DNA from: Candidatus Hodarchaeota archaeon
Lineage (GTDB): Archaea; Asgardarchaeota; Heimdallarchaeia; Hodarchaeales; Hodarchaeaceae
Reading direction: 5' to 3'
Assembly: GCA_016839815.1 (NCBI GenBank)
Contig: JAEOTM010000060.1
Coordinates: 1 to 64,000, forward strand
DNA: 64,000 bases
Below are positions 62,197 to 64,000 of the stretch, in pieces (the stretch's first letter is position 1; every line of letters starts with the position of its first letter). A program made the position numbers and the translations under genes. A model generated the notes under the pieces. That model saw only the letters and a program-made list of their open reading frames with translations, did not search any database and had not been told where the DNA came from.

Positions 62197-62571
62197 TCAT
62201 ATTTTGAATCTATGAAAATATTGAGCTCGTGCTCTTTTCTTGACTCTAGTTTTGCTATTACGGTTTTTTTTCATAACAGCTCTTTTTTTAAGATTTTTTG
62301 GTTTTGTGGATGAACTTAATTCTTTTTTAACGTGAGTTTTCTGATTAATATTATTTTTTAATTTCGGTCTTTTTCGAATCTTCTTCTTCTCGTTATGACG
62401 AGGCTTTGAAGGAGATTTTGAGAGTTTGGCTCCATCAGTTGTTTTTGGTGTGATTTTTTGTTTTTTACGCTGCAAGAGCTTCTTCGTTTTTTCTTTCTCT
62501 TCTTCAAAGTATTGTGTTGCGATATCTATTTCAGTGCGATTTCGTCTATTTTTTCTTGTATGTGCAGTCAT
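62197..62571 (-). CDS. Highly basic Lys/Arg-rich hypothetical protein
   Basis: ATG at 62571 preceded by GGTGA RBS; very high K/R content. Confidence 0.55.
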   Translation of the reverse strand: MTAHTRKNRRNRTEIDIATQYFEEEKEKTKKLLQRKKQKITPKTTDGAKLSKSPSKPRHNEKKKIRKRPKLKNNINQKTHVKKELSSSTKPKNLKKRAVMKKNRNSKTRVKKRARAQYFHRFKI

Positions 62572-62590
62572 TGGAATCACCTGTGTTCAT

Positions 62591-62730
62591 ATCCAAGAAA
62601 TCGCTTATGATCTCTCGGATTGGAAGTCGTTGAATGGCTCATTCTGGCTTGAGACGAATCCTAAGCCTTGACTGGATATTCTATCTGGGTCGAATTATTG
62701 GAGTTTAACCTCAAAGAGCGAATCGCATTA
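62591..62730 (-). ncRNA. Candidate structured leader/ncRNA
   Basis: Consecutive hairpins, including a 12-bp stem with G-U pairs that form only on the minus strand, and a UUCG-capped stem. Confidence 0.4.
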
Positions 62731-63016
62731 TTTTACTCTTAACTCTATTGAAATAACTTCAACAATGTGATTATTGTCCGTTGTGACGAGTAGAACATTC
62801 TTAGTAGCATTTTTTAAGTCTAGTCGTCTGATAGTATTCAAAAGACAACTTTAATGAAGAATATTACTCTGCACTTAAGATGTCTTCAAGTATATTTATA
62901 TCCCAGATTTTTTAAGGTTATCGATTCATACAAGCATAAATCATCATCTTTTAGGAAGAAATTAAAGATTCCAAGCAGAATCTCATAATTATCTTGAAGT
63001 CAAGGGAAGAAAAAGC

Positions 63017-63745
63017 ATGTCACAAATCAAAGTGATTTTTTTTAACATAGGTGGAACTCTTTTACAATTAAGGGGTACTACGATTCCTCAACTTTATTCT
63101 AAGCATTTATCGACTCTATTAGGACGAACAGTAAGCCCGAGTCAAGTTTATTCAGCTTTTCGTAAAGCAGAAAACTGGGCCCTATCAAGAAAGAACTTTT
63201 ACTACTTATTCTCCGATTTAGATCAAAGAAAATATCAAAATGCCTTTTATAATGAATTTGGCGTAAAAGGTCGGTCGAAGATTAATAAAATTGAGATAGC
63301 TCTTGCCAAACTAATCGAATTGGAATTCCAACTGGAGAAAGGAGTAAAACCATTACTTCGTGAATTAAGTAAGGATTATTCAATTGGCTTGATTTCAAAT
63401 TGGGATCTTAATCTTTATGAAATTCTTGATTCGTTTGAAATTAAAGAATATTTTGAATCTATAACAATATCTGGTGAGTTTGGGATAAGTAAACCCAGTC
63501 TTGAAATATTTAAATCTGGTTTAGCTGACTTTCCAACAGTAAAGGCAAAAAATACTGTTTATATTGGTGATGACTATGATCTGGATATCGTTCCTGCACA
63601 GAAGATGAGAATGTTGACAATTCTGTATGATAAGGGACCTTCAGGACTGCATGGATGGCCAAAAAGACCAGAAGTCAAATCTCCTAGGGTTGAAAGCCTC
63701 CAAGAGATCCCATCGGTTATTAAAGGATTTGAGAAATTGAAATAA
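63017..63745 (+). CDS. HAD-superfamily hydrolase (motif I Asp replaced)
   Basis: IFFNIGGTLL, LISNWD, SKP, YIGDDYDLDI. Confidence 0.88.
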   Translation: MSQIKVIFFNIGGTLLQLRGTTIPQLYSKHLSTLLGRTVSPSQVYSAFRKAENWALSRKNFYYLFSDLDQRKYQNAFYNEFGVKGRSKINKIEIALAKLIELEFQLEKGVKPLLRELSKDYSIGLISNWDLNLYEILDSFEIKEYFESITISGEFGISKPSLEIFKSGLADFPTVKAKNTVYIGDDYDLDIVPAQKMRMLTILYDKGPSGLHGWPKRPEVKSPRVESLQEIPSVIKGFEKLK

Positions 63746-63773
63746 GATCTTTAAACTAGAAAAATATTGTTTC

Positions 63774-64000
63774 CTACCTTTTGCACTGCTTGGTTAGTAG
63801 TTGCAGATCTTCCCCTCGTTCATTCATTTCTTCATTCCAACAGAATCGCCATTCCCAATTGTTACCTGTTGTTCCTGGGATGTTCATCCTCGCTTCTGAA
63901 CCAAGTCGAAGAAGATCCTGAAGAGGAATGACTGCCATATTAGAAGCTGATTCCCATGCAAGCTTAATTAAATCACCAACAATATCCTCCCCAGTAGTTT
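63774..64000 (-). CDS. malQ: 4-alpha-glucanotransferase (GH77), C-terminal fragment
   Basis: Not in ORF track. Minus strand reads ...LIKLAWES...IPLQDLLRLGSEARMNIPGTTGNNWEWRF...KR*. Confidence 0.92.
   Translation of the reverse strand, partial: TTGEDIVGDLIKLAWESASNMAVIPLQDLLRLGSEARMNIPGTTGNNWEWRFCWNEEMNERGEDLQLLTKQCKR

Noticed and set aside
1-64000. tRNA, rRNA, CRISPR, transposase/integrase and defence systems
   Set aside because: None recognised; GTTCGAA matches fall inside CDS without a cloverleaf, and no regularly spaced repeats were seen (visual scan only)

Overview
A gene-dense, AT-rich archaeal chromosomal segment with about 60 CDS. No rRNA, tRNA, CRISPR array or mobile element is recognisable. 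The gene content points to an Asgard archaeon, probably Heimdallarchaeia/Hodarchaeales-like (inference): histone, Alba, PCNA-RFC, CDP-archaeol synthase, isopentenyl phosphate kinase, RtcB-archease, two Rab-like GTPases, long TPR proteins, a V4R/TRAPP-like protein and a PGF-CTERM-like surface protein. Most genes are housekeeping: NAD salvage, IorAB with an ADP-forming acyl-CoA ligase, replication, tRNA metabolism and peptidases. The best leads are: (1) a highly divergent second RtcB that keeps the metal and guanylylation histidines, directly preceded by a C/D-box-like sRNA; (2) a bacterial-type NAD-dependent LigA with an inserted PIP-box-like motif; (3) two paralogous surface proteins flanking a membrane-embedded wHTH regulator; (4) a TFS paralogue lacking the canonical DE cleavage dyad; (5) a hairpin-rich leader upstream of a very basic orphan protein; (6) a divergent ArsR / bactofilin-like pair that share a SHOCT-like motif; (7) two reading-frame anomalies, an in-frame TAA in iorA and a missing start in a DmrX-like flavoprotein. 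All family assignments come from motif recognition by eye; no searches were run.
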